Positions 51,073-64,000 are shown, counted from the first letter of the stretch. The stretch is 64,000 bases of DNA from Eledone cirrhosa (GCA_964016885.1 OZ024742.1:64418001-64482000); one strand, 5' to 3'. Numbers and translations are program-made. Notes: a model not told the origin generated them from the letters alone.

Positions 51073-51248
51073 CAGACCTGTCAACTCTCCCCGTCCGAAA
51101 GGGAGATTTCCCAACCATTTTGGGGTGGGTGAAAGATGTCTTCTCTTGTGAAAATGGGCATAGCTTTCATCATGTAAAATCTCCCCATTTTGGGGCACTT
51201 TTTTCCATGGTACTCCCCATTTGGGGTTTTTAGAGGTTGGCAGGTTTG
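51073..51248. mobile_element. MITE with 14-bp TIR and 6-bp TSD (hAT-like)
   Basis: TATCAC|CAGACCTGTCAACT...GGTTGGCAGGTTTG|TATCAC. Confidence 0.65.
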
Positions 51249-51554
51249 TATCACATTAAATCGTGTGCCATGGTTGAGGAAATAGGTTATGTTCACTGCC
51301 ATAGTAACACCTCCATCCTTCTATTTTTGAGTGCTTAATAGTGAATAGTACACATCAAGGTGTTACAGTGAACACAATACATGGTAACTGTCTGTCTGTT
51401 AATCTATCTGTTCATACATGCATGGATACATTATCACTACCACCACCAACAACAGCAACAGTATCAGCAACAGCATCACCACCACCAAAAACAATACCAG
51501 CAGCACCACCATTATTCTATGTAGTCCTTGTCCGTATATATATATATATATATA

Positions 51555-51734
51555 CTGTATATGCCGGTGTACAAGTCGATCCGGCGCATAGGTTGACCCC
51601 TAAAATTTTGAGGTGTAGTTCAGGTAAAGCAGCACATATACTGCCACATCTTATATTCGGCAGACGAGTCGACTCCCGTTTTTGGAAAGATATTTTTAGG
51701 CCCCAAATGTCGACTTGTATGCCAGCATATACGG
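51555..51734. mobile_element. pogo/Tigger-type MITE in (TA)n
   Basis: TA|CTGTATATGCCGGTGTACAAGTCGA...TCGACTTGTATGCCAGCATATACGG|TA. Confidence 0.75.
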
Positions 51735-51754
51735 TATATATATATATATATATA

Positions 51755-52492
51755 TGGAAAGGAGTGATTGGAAAGAATGGCGATCCTGATCTCAATATGA
51801 ATGGAGAGGCCTTATTAAACTTCTGTTCCAGCATGGATTCTATTATGAACACCATCTTCCACCACAGAGATCAATAATTGATTTTATTATTGCCTCTTCG
51901 ATTCTATGGTGTATGTCCGTGTTAAGAGAGGCGCTGGGCTGTCAACTGATCACCATCTAGTCACCTGCAACTTGAGACTACCTAAAGCCAAAGAAACCCA
52001 CAAAACTGGCAAGTCCCAGTCGTCCTATAAGATAAAGTGGGAAGCATTGGTGGATAAGTCAGGACTAGGAATGCAGATACTATTGAATCCAAATTCAGAG
52101 GACTCCCTGAGCAAACTGAGGATGTTGAGACACAGTGGAGATTATTCAGCTCAGCAGTTTCTGCTTCATTTGTTAAATGCTGCAGGCGAAAGAGGTTTGG
52201 TGTGGCACCGGGTGGCAAGAGGACCCCTTGATTCAATCTAGAGGTCAAAGATGCCATCTGAGCAAAGAAGCAGTCCTACAAAGCTTGGCTTGGAAACAAG
52301 TCCTCCTTCTTGCACTTGATGTACAAGCAGATATGAAAAATCGTACCAGAGAAAGTAAAGGTGTCCAAAGTTAAGAGCTCCGATACTATTGGCATGTGAT
52401 TAGAATGTCTCAATAAAGAATTGCTGGACAGATTTTAAAGGCAAAACCAACCAGCAGGAAACCCAGGGGTAGACCCCGAACAAGATGGTTGG
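51755..52492 (+). mobile_element. Decayed RTE fragments (APE end and ORF C-terminus)
   Basis: WKGVIGKNGDPDLN.NG..LLNFC, VRVKRGAGLSTDHHLV, GRPRTRW. Confidence 0.75.
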
Positions 52493-52524
52493 CTGGCTTT
52501 GCATGGGTTGGCTGGCTTTGCATG

Positions 52525-52720
52525 GGTTGGCTGAAAAGTTCAAAGGCTGACTAAGATACTCTCATGCAATGACCAAATGAGGTTTATTTTTCAATATAGT
52601 CTCTGGAATGAAACAATGCAGTCATAAATAAGAAGAGTTGAAATTAATGCATGCAAGATTTCACAGCTCTAGCATCATTCCTTCATAGTCAGCCTATGAA
52701 TGTTTCAGCCTACCCTCGTA
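52525..52720. mobile_element. mariner-derived MITE (second copy inverted at about 62049-62243)
   Basis: GGCTGAAAAGTTCA...TGAATGTTTCAGCCTACCCTCGTA termini; homologous copy in eIF3d intron 3. Confidence 0.7.
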
Positions 52721-52742
52721 TGTATGTATATATAAATATATA

Positions 52743-53430
52743 TACAAGGGAAAGTAAAAAATATCCACACTTTACTTTTTTCAATTTGTTTACTCAAAAG
52801 CAGGGGGTGAAACAAGTATGTCATTTTTTTACATAGCTTCCTTCCTTTTCAATACCCTCGGTCCAGTGGTTCACAAGTTTGTGTATTCCCTCCAAGAAGG
52901 AGGTTGTCAGTTGGTTGCGCAACCATTTATGCACTGCTTCCTTTTATGGAAGCCGAGCTCATTGGGATGATTTGATAGGCAGAACCATGACCAATCTGCA
53001 GAGAACATGCTACTTCATTCATGATAACTTGCCGATTTGCCATTACCATTCACGAGCTTGCTGAATCTTCTCATCTATGTGGAGATTGATAGGGAGCCTG
53101 CTAATTCTTCATGTGCCATGCTTGTCCAGCCACTTTTAAACTTCTTGATCCACTCATACACACTTCTATTTGGTAGTGCATTGTCACCATATTGTGTTAA
53201 AAGCTGACACATCTTCTGACCAGAGAAATCGTATCACTGCTCTTTGTTCCTCCTTGGTGCACACTGCAAGTTTTTCAATGTAACAGCAGCAAGAAAACTG
53301 GTGTGTTCAAGCTCAACTTCAATCATGTGACCACAATAGTACCAACTATAAGCATGCATGAGCAGAAGGTTGTGTGACAAACCTAAAATGTCATGGCAAA
53401 AGTGCAGATAATTTTTAACTTATCCTCATA
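52743..53430 (-). mobile_element. Internally deleted mariner transposon
   Basis: Degenerate TACGAGGG-type TIRs; - strand N-terminal LAVCTKEEQRAVIRFLWSE and C-terminal AVHKWLRNQ...FLEGIHKLVNHW...IEKEGSYV transposase remnants. Confidence 0.8.
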
Positions 53431-54394
53431 TATATATCATAATCATTTAACATCCATTTTCCACACTACCATGGAGGAAAATTTGAAATGTAATCATCAC
53501 AATATAAATGACTACAACAATAGTCAATCACTATAAATAATAATTGCTTTGGTAAGTAGGATAAAAGAGGAATCAGATGTAGTGTGCAGGAGAAAAGACT
53601 ATGCTGGTATGGTCATGTGATGCATATGGATAATGGTAGTTGAATGAAGAGGTGCCAAGATATTCCAGTAGATGTAAGCTACAGTAGAGGGAGGCCAAAG
53701 AAGACCTGGACAGAGGTTGTGAGAGCTAATCTCAAATCAATGAAGCTCACAATTGAGTTGACAAAAGACTTTAGCTAGTATACATTTTGTTGTTTACTGT
53801 ATTTGATGTTGGTGGTGGAAAGGATCTGAATAGAAGATATTTGGTTGTATACTGGTATTATCCGTGGTGATGCTGCATTCTCTATTGATGGCAGAGATGA
53901 TATCGTTAAGTAAGATATAAATTTGTAGGCTGCGTGTTCATGTTTAGTAATAAGTTCCATAGTTGAAGAAAGGATCCAAAAGCATATTTAAACTTATAAT
54001 AATGGTTTATTTTCTTTAAAACAAATTAACTCATAGTTTTATCGTGAAGTAGGTTGAATAAAAATCAGTAATGAGTTACATAGTCCTCTCAGGACAAAAC
54101 CTGGAATGTAACTGGTGGAGAATTGATATTTAGGTGTGAATTCACCTACTGGGCGGAAGTCGCTCTTAGTATTCCTATGCCACCAACCTAAAGGACTGGC
54201 GACTGACCAAGCACGACTCCCCAATTACTCTGCTATGATAAGGTAGTGCCATTGCTTGCTACAAGTCTACAATGAGTGGAAGGATGCTGGAAGAGGCCTG
54301 TCCAACCCAAGCAAGCATAGAAAAATGGACATAAAATGGTGATGATGATGATAATACACACACACGCGCATATATATATATCAATATATATAAA

Positions 54395-54995
54395 CATCCA
54401 GCCCACACTGTAAAGTGGTCGTGTAGGAGACACGGTAGAAAGCACCCAGCACACACTGTAAATGTGGTTGGCATTAGGAAAGGCATCCAGCTGTAGAAAA
54501 CCAACCAGAAACAGTCCTATATGAGCGGGACACAGTCATCTTGCCTCAAGTAGGACAAACCCGTCTAACCTATGCTAGCATGGAAGTTAAACAATGATGA
54601 TGATATATATATAAATAAATATATATATATAGATAGACCTCTGGCGTCACGCAGTAAAACAGAGTACCAACCTCCCATGGGTACAAGCCGAAGCTGAAGC
54701 ATATAGACAATATGCCCCCACACCCTCCCACTGCAAAGTGGTCGTGGAGGTGCCACGGCAAAAAAGCACCCAGCCCACACTGTAAAGTGGACGTGTAGGT
54801 GCCACAGAAAAAAGCACCCAGCACTCACTGTAAATGAGGTTGGTGTTAGGAAGGGCATCCAGCTGTAGAAATCAAGCCAAAATCAGTTCCTGTATGAGCA
54901 AAGCATGGTCAGCCGACCAGACACGGCCCACAACAGGACAACCCGTCTAACCCATGCTAGCATGGAAGAACAGACGTAAAACGGTGATGATGATA
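54395..54995 (+). mobile_element. Two RTE 3'-UTR tails in tandem
   Basis: 54636-54995 is near-identical to 28805-29160. Confidence 0.85.
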
Positions 54996-55419
54996 GAGAG
55001 AGAGAGAGATAGAAATGTAGATAGTCATTTAAGAGCAAGTTTCAGCCTCATCAAAGGGATCAGCAAGAATAGGTTGAATTCAGCTCCTAAATATATATTG
55101 TCTTTTAATTAGAAACATGCCACACTGTGATTGAAAAACATTTCCACTATGGGAAATCTGCCAATAATCGCTGCAGTCTTGGTGTCATGTGATGTAGAAA
55201 TATGTCAATATTCATTGGTGTCATGTGGTGTGGAAATCTGCCAATATTTTTTGCTACATTGGTGTCGTGATGGGGGAGTGTCAATATTCTCAGCTTCACT
55301 GGTGTCATGTGACATTATTTTCTGCTACAACCATTTCTTGCGATGTTGGAAGCTATTAACATTCTTTGCCATGAGATGTGGAAAGTTGTCAGTATTCTCA
55401 GCTACATTGTCATACTACA

Positions 55420-56320
55420 TAAAACTACAACGATCTGTCCACCAATAAAGATACTATAAAAATTTGAATTAACATACCATGAAATCCCAATCTGTCTACC
55501 AGTAAAGATATTATATTTGAATTAACAAACCATTCATTCACTCTACATGTGAGTGGAGTTCCGTTGAAGCAGGTGGAGAAGGTCAAGTATCTCAGGGCCA
55601 TGTTCACGATGCAAATATCTCAGGGCCATGATGGAAGGCAGGAGGCTGAATAAAGTGCAAGAACTGCAGGAGCTGTTGCAGTAATGTGCCAGCTTCAGCA
55701 TTTGGTAATCAGAAGGGAGGTAGGTGGAAAAGCCAAACTCGTTATTTTCAATTCAGTATTTGTACCAACCCTGGGTAATGACCAAAAGAATACGCTTGCA
55801 AGTAGTAGCGGCCGAAATGGGGTTCCCTTGAAGGATCTTTGGAGTAACATTACTCGATAGGGTATATAGCTGGTCAAGCTGGTCTCTCTTGGGGATCCAG
55901 CTAGATCAATTGGAGGTTGCTTCTGACAGGACCCACTGGAAGGAATGTTTGAGGCTGTCCCACGACCCTCTCAGGATAAATGGGCAAAGAAGAATTAACA
56001 AACCACAATGATCTGTCCATCAGTAAAGATACAATAGACATTTAAAAGAACAAACCACAACGATCTGTGCACCAGTAAAGATACTATAAACATTTGAATT
56101 AACAAATCACAATAATTTGTCCATCAGTAAAGATACTTCTTCGCCCACTTATTCACGTAGGATCTTTCCAAGATATATTTAATTGTACAAACCACATGAA
56201 ACCCCTATTAAAGATACTATGAAAATTTGGATTAACAAATCACACGGAACCACGATCTGTCCCTTAGTAAAGATACTATAAACATTTGAATTAACAAACC
56301 ACATGATACCACAACGATAT
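55420..56320. repeat. About 52-62-bp minisatellite (AACAAACCAC..CGATCTGTCCACCAGTAAAGATACTATAAACATTTGAATT) split by an RTE insertion (about 55540-55995)
   Basis: Units on both sides of an RTE 3' fragment with (GAA) tail. Confidence 0.75.
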
Positions 56321-56689
56321 TAATCACGGCGTTGTGCCTATATGGCATCAACACTACATATAACATGTACTCTCAGGTGTTGAATAATGCCCCCCCCCCC
56401 CCCCCCCGTTTATTAATTTTTCAGATCCCCTCTCCCTACCGCTTATTAAATGTTCCTAATCTATCTCCGGCGAAATTTTATTGCATGTGATTCATGTCGA
56501 TACAGCAGCTGGAGAATCTAATAATTTTACACTAAAAAAACCCATTATATATGACAAAAAAAACAAAAACATTACAAGAAATCCCATATTTACGAAAGTA
56601 CATAATACAATTACCGGTTCCCCATCCCCTATTATTTTGGCCCTGAGAGTGGGTTCTTCGCTCAGTGATTTGGACCTCCACCAGTTACG

Positions 56690-56945
56690 ACGATGAGTGT
56701 TCGTGCTGTTCGTCGGAACACTGGAATAGCCTGCTCGAGAAATTAACGCGCAAGTAGCTGAGTAATCTATAGACACCTGTATGCTAAAGGTAGTTCTGAA
56801 AGATTCACCATGACAGTGTGGCTACACCGGTCCTACGAATTACAGATACAACTTATTTTTGCCAACTGGGTGGACTGAAGTTACTTAAAACATAGTGTGG
56901 GTCCGGGAATCGAACTCATGACTTTACAACTTAATTAAACCACGT
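56690..56945 (-). mobile_element. Decayed tRNA-derived CORE-type SINE
   Basis: CTGGAATAGCCTGCTCG.GAAATTAACG...CTGGGTGGACTG...GGAATCGAACTC (reverse B-box). Confidence 0.6.
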
Positions 56946-57479
56946 GCATTCACATGACCACGTGTAGTTTCTTTTGCTCTGTGGATAACATAGAAAACTA
57001 GTCCAAGGGAAGTAATTACGAGATACAAATCTAACTGCGTCTAAATGAGAAGTTTCGTATTTAGAACATTTTATATCTAATCTTTGACTAAATTAGAACC
57101 CCCACCACCACTACCATCGACCAAACCCCTAAAAACAACGAAAGAAAATCATGTAAATACAAAAAAAAATCTATTTAAAGAATATGATACAAATAATAAT
57201 TACTGTAATTTTTATGGTGTAGATACAAATTACTCCAGTTATAAAGAAATATAATTTAATATTTTAATGTCACTTATTCTAATAGTGATAATTAGATAAT
57301 TTTTGTGTAATTAAAATTTAGGACGTAGAAAAAGTGAGACGGTGGAAACAACAGTTTTCTAGAATAAGAGAATATAATGTATTACCCATAGAAACCTAAG
57401 AAGATAGAGTGAGATGATAGGAATAACGGTGGCCTAGAATAAAAGATTATAATGTAATATCCGAACATAGCAGAAAAGT

Positions 57480-57491
57480 TACCCACAATGC
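57480..57491 (+). promoter_or_regulatory. ZNF143/Staf-type site (TACCCACAATGC) in the eIF3d promoter; YY1-like CCATTTTG at about 57505
   Basis: Exact match to the SBS core about 50 bp upstream of the start codon. Confidence 0.5.
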
Positions 57492-57537
57492 CGTAGTTAA
57501 TCGTCCATTTTGTCTCGGTGTTTCCTTGTGGTCCAAT

Positions 57538-57660
57538 ATGTACGGCTTTGTGTTGCCTCCGCTTCAGTTTAACTCCTCTGGATGGGGTCCTTCCGATATA
57601 CCAAAGAAATTTGAGGAATTACCTTACCAACCATTCTCCAAGGGAGACAGATTAGGAAAG
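57538..57660 (+). CDS. EIF3D: eIF3 subunit D, coding exon 1 ([41 protein letters not shown])
   Basis: GWGP and [13 protein letters not shown] are hallmark eIF3d motifs; 123 nt; AAG|GT donor. Confidence 0.95.
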
Positions 57661-58375
57661 GTTTGTTGCTTGATTTCTTTTATATTTCTAAATTAACAAA
57701 GTACCGGCTGTTTAATAAGTTTCTTGACAGAGCCAAAGCGGTGGAAATATCTGGCATACTGGCCTGATTAAATATTTACTGCGGCCTCAGACTCATCCCA
57801 ATCAACCTCTCCTCCTTATTCCCCCCACAGCTGGGCCATAGAACCTCCTCTCTAACTTTTGATCGTGATTGAAATGAATATCCTTAAGAACCATCTCCGC
57901 AATTTGGACTGACTCAGCTCATCTCCTTCACTGGTGAAAATCATTCACCATTTTTCGAGAGCGAATACACATGGCTTAGTGGTTAGGGTATTGGATTCAC
58001 GATCATAAGGTCATAGGTTTGATTCTTGTATCGGGCAACACGTGTTCTAAACAAGACTTTTCATTTCATATTGTTTTTCATGATAGGATTGGGGCGCCAT
58101 ATCGTTAAACCTCATTGAAGGCCAGCTAAACCTACATTGGTGTGAGCTGTTACAACACCCGAGGAATCTATGAGATACAGTAAACCTACATTTTATTTTG
58201 TCCGTTGGGATCTCGAAACATTTACATAGCATTTTGGTTTCTGTTATATAATTCTGTTAATAATACACCCACAATATATCGTTGAACTGCCATGTGAATA
58301 GTCTTCTCCTTTTGCTCTTTCTCTCTCGCTGTCCTTTCCTCTTTTATCCCCCCCCCTCTCTCGTTCTTATAATAT

Positions 58376-58486
58376 TAATGAAATTATAGTGTACAGTACT
58401 AAGATGCACTACAACTCATCAAAGGTGCATGTATAGTATATAGAATAATGTACAAGTGTCAGGAAAGTGAACAGTGTATGAGTCAT
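58376..58486 (-). mobile_element. CR1/L2 3'-tail fragment
   Basis: Homologous to 31580-31692. Confidence 0.7.
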
Positions 58487-58904
58487 GTTAGTCTCTTTTT
58501 TTCCTTCTCTCCCTCCTCCGTTGTTTGTCTTTATCTCTATTCCTGTCTCTCTACTCAGCCATATGTTGAAATCCGCCGTTAAACTGCCATCATCCACCAA
58601 ATACACATTACCACAATGGCTAAGTAGCATAGTATTTTGTATTTTTCCTTAGTTTCAGACATCTGACTTCTGCCAAGCTAGGGCACCTCAGTCGATCATG
58701 TCGATCTCGGCGTAACTACAGTTTAGCACCATCCCTATCCTATTTAGTTTCATCGTAACCTTTTTATTAATACTCTTTTACTCTTTTACCTGTTTCAGCC
58801 ATCCGGCTGAGGCCATGCTGGGGCACCGCCCTTGCCAATAATGCATATTTTTTAATGAGATTTTGCAGAGATTTGTTTTTGAAGATGTAGATTGTGGTTA
58901 TATA

Positions 58905-58940
<36 letters not shown>

Positions 58941-58944
58941 TGTA

Positions 58945-59001
<57 letters not shown>

Positions 59002-60058
59002 AATATATATATTTATTTATTTATATATGACAAATGGGGTGTGCCGAAGAGGACACGTCCCACCCTTGCAAACAAGGAAAAGCGGACGTAAAATGATGAT
59101 ATATATATATACATATTCACACAGAATAGAAGTAACCGAGACTATATATAAATTTACACATTTTTTTACTATATAGGCATGTAAACATGCCAAATATACG
59201 TGTTTCCCTGCAAATTGAAAAAAGTGATAAACAACTTTACTGGTTTATGAGCATAGTTAAGCTTTCATCAGAAGGCATGTGTATCATCTAAACAACCACA
59301 AAGAAATACGTAATGGAGTGGTTTATATATTCTTATCACTTATAGCAGTATCGTGAAAAAGACTAATTTGTATATTATTAGTGCTCATATTGGTAAATAA
59401 ACTGAAGAATATGATAAAGTTATATGTGTATATATACAGGATAGTCAGGCATTATGCAGAACTACTGATCTATCATGGGCCAGGGGTCCTTCTTTAAACT
59501 TACATACATTCCCACATTCTGCAGAGTGCTCAGATGGGCTGGAAGCACACATCTCATGCACACTAACCATTGTTGCCAGCACTAGAGAAGTTATCATGTC
59601 TTTGACACAGTTGAAGATTCCTCTTGACATTTTGTTTGGGGAGTTTTCTGAGTGCTCATCCTAGAGGTTTTGCCCTTGACACAACGAAAGAGTCCTCATG
59701 ACCCTTAGTTTGGCATGGTTTCTACAGTTGGATGTCCTTCCTATCATCACAAAAATGCATTCAGAGCATTCTGTAGAGAGAGATAGTGTGGGAATGTATG
59801 TGAGGTGCAGCCCCATCCTATCCGAGAGGTCACTATCGATTAAGTACTGATTTGACCCGTGACAGCCCATCCATCCCTTGCTAGCAGGAAAAGTGAACAT
59901 TAAATAATAAGAATATCTTTGCCTCTTAAATTTGTGGTGCACTGTAAAATTTCTTGAAAATATTTCCATGAAAAGAAATGCCTGCCTTCCAAATGTAATT
60001 AAATAAATCCTTTTTTAAAACAGTTTAATATAAACTACTATATTTTTATTTATTGTAG

Positions 60059-60104
60059 GTTTCTGACTGGACTGGTGCCACTTATCAAGATAAAAGATAT
60101 CTAG
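60059..60104 (+). CDS. EIF3D: eIF3 subunit D, coding exon 2 (VSDWTGATYQDKRYL)
   Basis: TAG| acceptor, 46 nt, |GT donor, phase 0 to 1; conserved DWTGATYQDKRY. Confidence 0.95.
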
Positions 60105-61868
60105 GTATATTACTATTGATTTCATATATATATATATAAGTTGTTGTGTATTGATGTTTTAAAACATTCTAAACCATTTATCATGAACTTGTAATGACAT
60201 TTTAAAGCTCAACATCCAGTATTTGTTTCTGTCCTTTATGTTCTGAGCCCAAATTCCACTGAGGTTAACTTCGCCTTTCACCCATACAGGGTTGATAAAA
60301 TAAAGTACTAGTTATGTACTGAGGTTGAAGTAATCAACTTTCCTTTCTCCTCCAATATTCCTGGCCTTGGGTTTAAATTAGAAACAATTAAGGGTAACAA
60401 TCGTTAGAGTATTGAACAAAATACCTTGTGGTATTCTGTTCTTTACATTCTGAGTTCAAATCTCTCGGAGGTCAACTTAGCCTTTCATCCTCTAGGCCCT
60501 AGAGTCTAGTGGGGTGATAAGATAAAGTACTATTAAGAACTGAACTCAATATAATTGACTTTTACCTCTCCACAAACTGCTGGCCTTTAAAATTATTATT
60601 ACACATCATATTTTTGAACTAGTCAATGTCCAATGTAGATTTCGCCCTGCTGTTTTGTTTTAATGGTATCTAAAGAATCTCTAGAGAGTAAAGTTAAAAT
60701 CTGTTCCAGGGACACATCAGGCTGAGCTTATTCATAGACAGGACACCAGTCTATTACAGGGTTAACCCCTAGCTTGTGCTGGTGCTACTAATTTTTAGCT
60801 GTGTTGACTAGAGCAACATGAAATGAAGTGTTTTGCTCAAGAACACAACACACCACTTGATGCAGGAATTGAACCTACATCACCTAGCACCCTATTTATT
60901 TGGCAGCACACTTGACTTCATTTAGAAAGTGTAGAGGAGTAGTTGAATGTCACCTTTGATTCTTTCCTACTGGCTGGTGTGCAGCACCAACAGTGATTAG
61001 TTGAAATACTTGAGGATTTCATTAAGGACTTCCCAAGTTTTGTTTTTCCAGTGGCAGGAGGTTGAATTTGAAATCAGAATACATATAAGTGGAAGATATG
61101 CTTCTATCTGTTGTGAAAACAGTGTATATGAAAGCATATACAATATGTTTATGAATAATCATGTTATTTTAAGCTATGATCATGTCACAACTACCATAAT
61201 AGCCATGTGAAATGCCAGGCTGGTGTGTTAAAATTTGTATTTATCTTGTGGTGTGTTGTGTTTTTGAGCAAAACACTTCATTTCATGTTGCTCCCCAGCT
61301 AAAATGTTCACTCACTTAGTACTGAAGCAAGATTATATAGATTTTGCATGTGGTACATCTACTGGTGATGCTTGTTTGCATATAGTGTGGGATTAACAGG
61401 CTGGTGTTAATTAACGGTAGCATTAATACAGTGATCCAGCATATACAATATGACCTCTGTAGCCATGTAAGAATACCAGGATTTTTATCCATCTTCAGTG
61501 AATGTTTACTCACTCGGTTTTGAGGCAAGAATAAGCTACAGCTTATATAGATTTTGCATATGGTGCAAACTTGATGGGCTGGTATTAATTAACAGTAGCA
61601 TTATTAGGAAAGCATACACAATATGTCTATGTATAACCAACATGCATAAGTGTCACTTATGAATGTTTATTTACGTAAACATTGTATAAGTTTTCATGTA
61701 TGCCTCTATTATGAATTCTTCTGTGCTAGTGTTACTGCTCATCTTAATCTTTTAGGAGAAAACATCAATTTTCTATATTTATATTAAATGCATTGAATCA
61801 ACTCTTAGACACTTCCTTTAGGTAATACTTCTTCGTTTTTTGTTTTGTTGTTTCAAATTTTTGAGTAG

Positions 61869-62008
61869 GCAAGTACAACTCTGCTTTTGGAACTGGTGGC
61901 AACCAGTACTCATATTTTCACGATGAAGATGAAAGCACATTTCAGTTGGTGGATACTTCGAAAGGACAGAAACCAAACTATCAGAGAGGTCGACGTGCAT
62001 TCCAACAG
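61869..62008 (+). CDS. EIF3D: eIF3 subunit D, coding exon 3 ([47 protein letters not shown])
   Basis: TAG| acceptor, 140 nt, CAG|GTTAGT donor; conserved Y.YFH.EDES.FQLVDT. Confidence 0.96.
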
Positions 62009-62999
62009 GTTAGTGGTTACTTTGAAAGAATTTAGATTGTCAAATACAGTAGGCTGAAAAGTTCATAAGCTAATTATGAAGGAGTGATGCTTAGTGTTGT
62101 GAAATCGAGCATGCATTAATTTCAGCTCTTATTATTAATAACTGCATTGTTTCTTTCGAGCAACTATGTTGAAAAATAAACCTCATTTGATTATTCCATG
62201 AGAGTATCTTGGTGAACCTATGAACTTTTTAGCCCACCCTCATATTAGTAATAGAGGTAGAGTGTTGGGTTCAATTCCCACTGTAATTTCACCCCTTTTC
62301 ATAAGTTTAAAACTTATTGAGGTAGATTCTGCCTTTTGTCTCATCACCCCAGTTATTAATAAAGTTAGCAGCCCACCCAAAACTGCCTCTGAAACAAAAC
62401 CACCCATTTTAAAGGACTCCTACTTTAATTAAAACTTTCCAACATGATTTTATATAAGAACATATGCCACAAATATCATCTTAATGAAATTATGATTTTA
62501 GTAAATCTTTCCAAAATTCTTCAGTTATTAATTAAAATACAATGTATTTCATTAGAAATGTGTTAATGAGAGGCAGAGGAGAGGGGCCTATACTGTTTGC
62601 ATCTCATTGATGTGGTCGGTGTTTAGCATAGGCACTTGTAGGTCAGTATGGGGGGGGGGGGCGTTCCAGTCAGGAGGAAAGACTGAGAAATGTTTAGTGT
62701 GGGTGAGTGGAGATAAGAAGAGAGAGTAGGATATACAGCTAATTTAAAAGAAGAGTAGTAGTTATAGAAGGGACAACCTACTTTTCCATTAGAGTTTGAT
62801 AGCTGTATGTTAGTAAACAGTTCTAGTAGCTTCATAGCCTTATGTTCGTGAACAAAGGTTGTGATAGTAGTAGTAATGGCAGCAGTGGTTGTAGTAGTAA
62901 TGGCAGCAGTGGTTGTAGTAGTAGATTGACATCCTTATGTTAATGAACAAAGGTAGCAGTAGTAACCATCGTCATTATTATTATTATTGTTACTTGTAG

Positions 63000-63088
63000 C
63001 ATAAACAACGGAGAGAGAGAGAGAGACGCCAACAACAGGCATCACTTAATATGCAGACTTTGTCGAAAACGCAGAAAAGTCGTGAAAG
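63000..63088 (+). CDS. EIF3D: eIF3 subunit D, coding exon 4 (HKQRRERERRQQQASLNMQTLSKTQKSRE)
   Basis: TAG| acceptor, 89 nt, AG|GTAAGT donor, in frame; resembles the eIF3d RR.K.RR...NLQ.L.K..K.KER segment. Confidence 0.88.
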
Positions 63089-63179
63089 GTAAGTTATTTT
63101 ATGGTATTTCTAATATAATCTTTTACTGTTGTTAATTATCATCAATATGTTTCAGCATTTAGTTTTTATGAGATATTAG

Positions 63180-63355
63180 ATTATTGTGGTTAACTCTGTG
63201 ACATCAACTATTTCAATATACATTGTGGTCAACCAGTTCACTATACATTGTGGTCAACTAGTTCACTATACATTGTGGTCACCTCTTACCAGTTCACTAT
63301 ACATTGTGGCCAACCAGTTCATTACACATTTTGGTCAACTCTTACTTGTTCACTA
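63180..63355. repeat. About 25-bp minisatellite (CATTGTGGTCAACCAGTTCACTATA)n
   Basis: Direct periodicity. Confidence 0.8.
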
Positions 63356-63414
63356 TGTATTCTATTATTTTCTCCTCTCAGCATTTCTGGTTTGCTATTC
63401 ATTACAAACCTGTC

Positions 63415-63612
63415 TTAACTCTTTACCATTTAAACTGGCCATATCTGGCCAGAATTCTCTCACCTCTTTCTGTTTAAACTGGCTGTAACCAGCCACTCAT
63501 ACTGACATTAAGGTATTGTTCTCAAAATAAATAATATCAAAATCTCATGGATTCGATATTACTGTGAAAATACAATAGTATATATAGAGTAATGTAAATA
63601 CTAAAGGGATAA
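63415..63612. mobile_element. piggyBac-type MITE (family 1)
   Basis: Homologous to 33601-33829 with slightly mutated termini. Confidence 0.78.
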
Positions 63613-64000
63613 TATTCAAACCTATTCCATATTCATCATATGTTCAACATACTCTTGTCTTTCTCATACAGATATATTATGTTACTTTAATGTAACTCCT
63701 GTAATTATACTTGAATTAATATCTGGCTCCCTAAACACACATATATATGGAATCAGATGTTTGTAGTCATTGGACATGGGCAGTGCGATGCTGTTGATTA
63801 AGCAATTTAGCCAACTCAATTTATTTTGGGTGAACTTCAACACAAGCACAAGTAGATGAACTGGAACATGTAAAATAAGTGTTAGAAAAGATATGAACTT
63901 GACCCTTTGCTCTCTCTAATTATTCCTTCTTTATTTTTAACGAAAATAGTGATGAATAATGAAGAAAAATTCCTTAGTTTAATGAGGAACATAAAAGATA

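Noticed and set aside
55030-55060. Hammerhead-like TTGATGA-GGCT-GAAAC on - strand (and isolated CTGATGA at 13045, 39790, 45771)
   Set aside because: No adequate stem II or stem I, or no GAAA partner

Overview
AT-rich, microsatellite-dense animal genomic DNA. The SINE, RTE and Penelope repertoire looks cephalopod (Octopus-like), which is an inference from the repeat families. The only confidently identified host gene is the first four coding exons of eIF3 subunit D (+ strand, 57538-63088, continuing past the window). A second, divergently oriented gene may start at about 16.0 kb on the - strand (a 69-nt ATG exon plus a 27-nt microexon). The rest is repeats: a 4.6-kb 40-bp satellite, a 3.1-kb (GGT/GAT)n tract, RTE and CR1 LINE fragments, three Penelope-like element (PLE) fragments, tRNA-derived SINEs, a non-autonomous Helitron and piggyBac/pogo/mariner/hAT-type MITEs. 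The most notable unannotated signal is a cluster of hand-folded type I hammerhead ribozyme motifs of unrelated sequence between about 15 and 27.5 kb. One is fully canonical and sits in a 691-bp unit with about 40-bp terminal redundancy (retrozyme/PLE-pLTR-like). Several lie in long inverted repeats in which the ribozyme is preceded by its own antisense copy. All folds and family calls were made by eye and need computational and experimental confirmation. Repeat boundaries are approximate unless TSDs or TIRs are quoted.
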